Shown here piece by piece: positions 60,083-64,000 of a DNA stretch of 64,000 nucleotides. Below the pieces are notes generated by a model. That model had not been told where the DNA came from, did not search any database, and was given only the letters and a program-made list of their open reading frames with translations. The DNA is from Oikopleura dioica (lineage: Eukaryota; Animalia; Chordata). How positions within the stretch are numbered: the first letter of the stretch is position 1; each line of letters opens with the position of its first letter. The translations under genes were made by a program, and so were the position numbers. The stretch lies in contig OU015566.1 of NCBI GenBank assembly GCA_907165135.1, forward strand, positions 6,014,001 to 6,078,000. Reading direction: 5' to 3'.

Positions 60083-61318
60083 ATGTCTTCTACCAGCGCC
60101 TGTTACGCGCTCAACCTCTCCGAAGATCAAATCAACTCGTGCACCTGCATCACCATGTTGACCAACTTCTTGTCCGATATCATGGATTATACTATGGAGC
60201 TTGCATCGGATCCAACCGAACTCTCAAGCTACACTGACCGGATCAACGCACGCAAAAAGCTGATCAGTGCCCGAATTGTTGCCTTGTCGAAGTCAGGATC
60301 TTCTGCTCAGTCCACTGGAATCTCTCGAACTCGCCAAATCGAGATCCAGAATTGTTTGGACAAGCTCGAAGTCCATGATTTCTCCACTGGTTCCGACGCA
60401 GAGCAGTTCATTTCTACGCTCCGAACGGCCAGAACCGACCACGTCGCCACTCTTCCAAAGGCTCATCAAGCCGAGGGCGATGAAATTTTGGCTCGCACTG
60501 CCAAGAAGTTCTTGGCCAACGATGTCAAGGTCACTTTTCAGCGACTTGGCCTCGAGACCCGGACCATCGAACAGCTGATATCCGCCATCGAAGACAACTT
60601 CAGTAGCAAGCTGTCGATCTTTCAGGAGCTCCGCAAGCCGCACGATGTCACTTTCGACGCCTCCAAAGGCCTAGGCGTCTACTTCAATGAACTTCAGGAG
60701 GCCTCTAGACACAGCTTTCGACAAGTTGAGCGCATGGCTCGTCGAAAAGCCGCCGAATCCGCCAAAACAGCTTCCGTCAAGGAAGAACCTGAGGTTTCCA
60801 TAGTTGCCGAGGAGTCCACAAAAGCCGCTGATGGCGAAGCTATTACAGCTTCTGAGCTCAACGATCTCTACGCCGCCACGCTGGGCTACCTCACTGTTTG
60901 CCGCGCCTACCCAAATGTTGGAGTTCGACTCTGCGACACAATCGACGAGTGCTCCAACGCCCAGGACGTGTTTGTGAAGGCGAAAACTCTACTTGACCGT
61001 CTCCCAAGCAGCGTCACTTCCGAGGAATCTGTCGCCCTCGCTGGCAAGACCTTCGAAAAGACCTCTCAACCCAACGACGAGATCGCAGCGATGCAGAAAT
61101 GCATCAGAACCCTTACTGACAAGGTCAACGCGATTTCCAAAGCCGTCGTCCCCGCTAAGGACAATAACAAGTCCAACGGAAAAGGAGGCCAGGGCCACGG
61201 GCGCAACAAAAAAGGCAAAAACAACAACGGCAACAAGTCCAACAACAACCAGTCCGAATCCAAAGCCGGATGCGCTACTACGAAGGATACCGACTCGGTT
61301 TTTCGCATCGAGAGTTAG
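60083..61318 (+). CDS. gag: gag (411 aa; no CCHC knuckle, basic/Asn-rich C-terminus)
   Basis: ORF between PBS and pol. Confidence 0.85.
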   Translation: MSSTSACYALNLSEDQINSCTCITMLTNFLSDIMDYTMELASDPTELSSYTDRINARKKLISARIVALSKSGSSAQSTGISRTRQIEIQNCLDKLEVHDFSTGSDAEQFISTLRTARTDHVATLPKAHQAEGDEILARTAKKFLANDVKVTFQRLGLETRTIEQLISAIEDNFSSKLSIFQELRKPHDVTFDASKGLGVYFNELQEASRHSFRQVERMARRKAAESAKTASVKEEPEVSIVAEESTKAADGEAITASELNDLYAATLGYLTVCRAYPNVGVRLCDTIDECSNAQDVFVKAKTLLDRLPSSVTSEESVALAGKTFEKTSQPNDEIAAMQKCIRTLTDKVNAISKAVVPAKDNNKSNGKGGQGHGRNKKGKNNNGNKSNNNQSESKAGCATTKDTDSVFRIES

Positions 61319-64000
61319 ATCGGCGCAGCTCTGACTCTCCCCTCATTTCTTCCGCGCAACTCACCTTCTCCAAACCCTCCAGACCCTGGTACGCTGACTT
61401 CACTGTCACCCTCGCCGGACATACTTTCACCGTCAAAAACGGCATGTTCGACACTGGCGCCGACGATGTAATACTGCCAAAACGGCTCATCCCTGACGAA
61501 CTTTTGAAGCAACTGCAGAGCTCAAAGTTCACCGTCACTGGCGTCAACTCCGAAACCAAGGCCCTAGGCGAGTTCCGCACCACTATTAATTTCAGCGGCA
61601 TCAAATTCGCTGGAATCCGCATTCTTGTGACAGATGGCAATAACGCGCCGCCACTCATCGGCAGAACTGTCACCGATCACGCCACAAATGTCTCCTTTGG
61701 TAGAACTGGTACCAAAGTCATCTTTCAACGACGAGATAGCCCTGGAGCAGAAATCTACACACAGGCACTCGAAATCAAGTCGTACGCTAGTGATCCTTGG
61801 AATGCACCTCAGATCGACTCTGGAACTTCCAGCAGCGCAGATTTTCGTAGTTATGCTGACGCTCTTCGATCTGATTCTCTTCAAGCTGCTCAAAAACAGC
61901 CCAAACCTTCTGCTCCAGGCCCCAATGCCTCTACTTCGGACCTTCTGAGCTACTTGCGAAGCCAGAAAGAGCTCGATCTTCCAGCCAACCACCACAACAA
62001 AAGCGAACTTCATGAACTCGCCCTTCGTTGTGTCCAGTATGAAGACGTCTTTGGAAGTTCTACTGACGAGCTTGGCCTGTTCTACAGACCCGTCCGAATC
62101 CCGACAAATGGTGAATCTGTCAGCCGCAAGCAGCACCAGATCCCAGTCAACTTCAGAGGCTCAATGGACACGCACGTCCAAGAAATGCTCGATACTGGCG
62201 TCACTGAGCTCTGCTCCGATCCACGTGGATTCAACTCGCCTCTGTTCTGCGTCCCGAAAAAGGATGGCTCCGCGCGTCCTGTGGCTAACTTCAAGAACAC
62301 GCTCAACCGAGTCCTCGTCGACCCCGACCCGTATCACATGCCCAACCTGCGCGAGCTCTTCAACGAAATGCGCCCGGGCTACAAGTACCTTGCCGGCCTC
62401 GATCTGAAGAGTGGCTACTGGCAAGTGGAAATCCACCCCGACGACAGGCACAAAACTGCCTTTTCATGGAACGGTCGCACCTTCCAATATCGTCGGCTCC
62501 CATTTGGCCTCGCCACCGCAGGCCAAATTTTTCAAGGTGCGTTGGCGAGGCCCTAGAATCTCTCCCCGACACTTCTGGCATATTCTGCTACATCGACGAC
62601 GTCTTGGTGGCAGCCAAATCCTTCTCCGACTACCTGGCGAAGCTTACCAGCCTGTTCGAAGCTGCCAGGCGATTTGGACTGCGTCTACACCCGAAAAAGT
62701 GCGAGTTTTTGGCGCCCCAGGTGAAATTCCTGGGTAGAATCGTCTCGCCTAAGGGCATGTCCGTGGACCCAGAATATGTCGCTGGAGTTGATGCCTTTGT
62801 TCAACCCACAAATCGCACTGAACTACGCGCACTTCTCGGCAAGCTCACCTTCATCCGAGAATTCCTCGAAACTCGAATGTCCGAGCGGATCGACACAAGT
62901 TGCTTCTCGCAGCTTGTTTTTCAGCTCAACCAGCTCAACAAAGATGGCGATTTCACGTGGACCACAAAAGCCCAGGAAGCTTTTGAGCGCGTGAAAAAGC
63001 GGCTCCGTACAAGCCCAGTCATCTCGTTTCCCGATCCCTCACTCGACTTTCTTCTCTGCACTGATGCTTCTGCAGTTGCCGTCGGCGCCGTCCTACTTCA
63101 ACAGCAAGATGGATTCGATAGAATCGTCGGCGTCGCTTCTCAAACTCTCACTTCCGTCGAGCAGCGCTGGAGCTGCACGGAACGCGAGGCCTATGGCATT
63201 TTGTTTGGCGTCCGCAGATTTCAGTACTTCCTACGCGGCAAGCCCTTTGTGGTGAAAACCGACCATCGAGCTCTTCAATATATTGACTCGGTTGACCACA
63301 AGAACGCAAAACTGGCTCGCTGGATGGACGAACTGAGCGCGTACAGATTCATCGTCGAGTATCTCCCTGGCGAGCAAAACGTCTGGGCAGATCTCTTCTC
63401 GCGGCCCTTCGGTGTCAAAAAGGACCCTCCGTCTGACAATCAGAAGTCAGCCGGTAAATTCGTCGACTTCGGTGGCCTCCGCGCTTACATCCCCAGCTGG
63501 TGTACTAAGGATACTGTTATCCCGCCGAAATCCTCTCCCTCGAAACCGCTCCGCGAAGGTCTCACTCGCGCACTTACATGCTCCACTGGCGACGAGTTCA
63601 CCCTCAACCAGAATGTCGAGGATCTACTTCAACTTGCTAATGCCCAGCGCGCCGACTCGGGTTTGGCAAAGCTCATTGATGCTCTTGAAAAGCACAAACG
63701 CGACCCAAAGCAAGTTCTACTCGACAAACGCGATTCTAACTACGAATTGTATCGCGTCAACTGGCAGCATTTCCGCATTTGTTCCCGTACAAATGTACTT
63801 CTCCACGTGCGCAATGGTAAAAAGCGCCAAGTTTTACCGCCTAAACTCGCGATCGAGCAACTTCGAAAAGCTCATGACAACTCAGCTCACCCTGGTGTAC
63901 CTCGAGTTATTGAAGCTCTCAGCAGCTACTGGTGGCCTCGCTACATGGAAGATGCACAAAACTACGTGCAGAGCTGCATGATTTGCGCGAAGCGTAAAGG
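61270..64000 (+). CDS. pol: pol (protease, RT, RNase H, integrase N-terminus); 1-nt deletion at ~62534-62537
   Basis: FDTGA protease; DLKSGYWQ, LPFGL, YIDD RT; TDASAVAVGAVL...EREAYGI...KTDHRAL RNase H; AHDNSAHPG...CMIC integrase zinc finger. Confidence 0.95.
61297..61339 (+). promoter_or_regulatory. Putative -1 ribosomal frameshift signal
   Basis: G_GTT_TTT in gag frame, 6-nt spacer, 10-bp stem gagagttaga/tctgactctc; pol is in the -1 frame. Confidence 0.75.

Larger units (their letters stand above)
59298..64000 (+). mobile_element. Ty3/gypsy LTR retrotransposon (Tor-like), 5' portion; continues beyond the window
   Basis: LTR, PBS, gag, then PR-RT-RNaseH-IN order. Confidence 0.95.

Noticed and set aside
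63400-64000. env-like gene (retrovirus-like Tor3/Tor4b type)
   Set aside because: The window ends inside integrase; any env would lie beyond it and cannot be assessed.
1-64000. tRNA, rRNA or spliced-leader RNA genes; bacterial contamination or HGT island
   Set aside because: No T-loop/cloverleaf or rRNA-like segments were noticed by eye, and all recognisable genes carry spliceosomal introns. tRNAscan-SE and Infernal were not run.

Overview
Eukaryotic, AT-rich, gene-dense DNA with very short introns, some with non-canonical GA-AG ends. It is most consistent with the appendicularian tunicate Oikopleura (inference from intron style, gene content and a Tor-like Ty3/gypsy element). Recognisable genes: an AQP8-like aquaporin, a claudin, a chitin synthase lacking the QRRRW segment, a Sib/integrin-beta-like EGF secreted protein, ACP5-type purple acid phosphatase, a B4GALNT-like transferase, two convergent secreted proteins (ConA-like lectin; CUB/mucin), TMEM26, a clade A fibrillar collagen, TMEM164, and a kelch-like + 3x ConA-like gene. 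The 5' part of an LTR retrotransposon (LTR, PBS, gag, pol) runs off the window end. Intergenic DNA and larger introns are largely made of non-autonomous DNA transposons: a CCTGAGTCAGG MITE family (two copies form whole introns), TTAA-flanked Kolobok-like elements of 655-660 bp, and hAT elements with 8-bp TSDs, one of 1.5 kb carrying a 56-bp hairpin satellite. Top observations: MITE-as-intron cases, the composite hAT, a G_GUU_UUU + hairpin -1 frameshift signal at gag-pol, an apparently unnamed 4-Cys domain shared by three secreted proteins, and a single-exon collagen helix. About ten single-base frameshifts lie in homopolymers and are probably consensus errors. All exon structures were inferred by eye; no searches were run.
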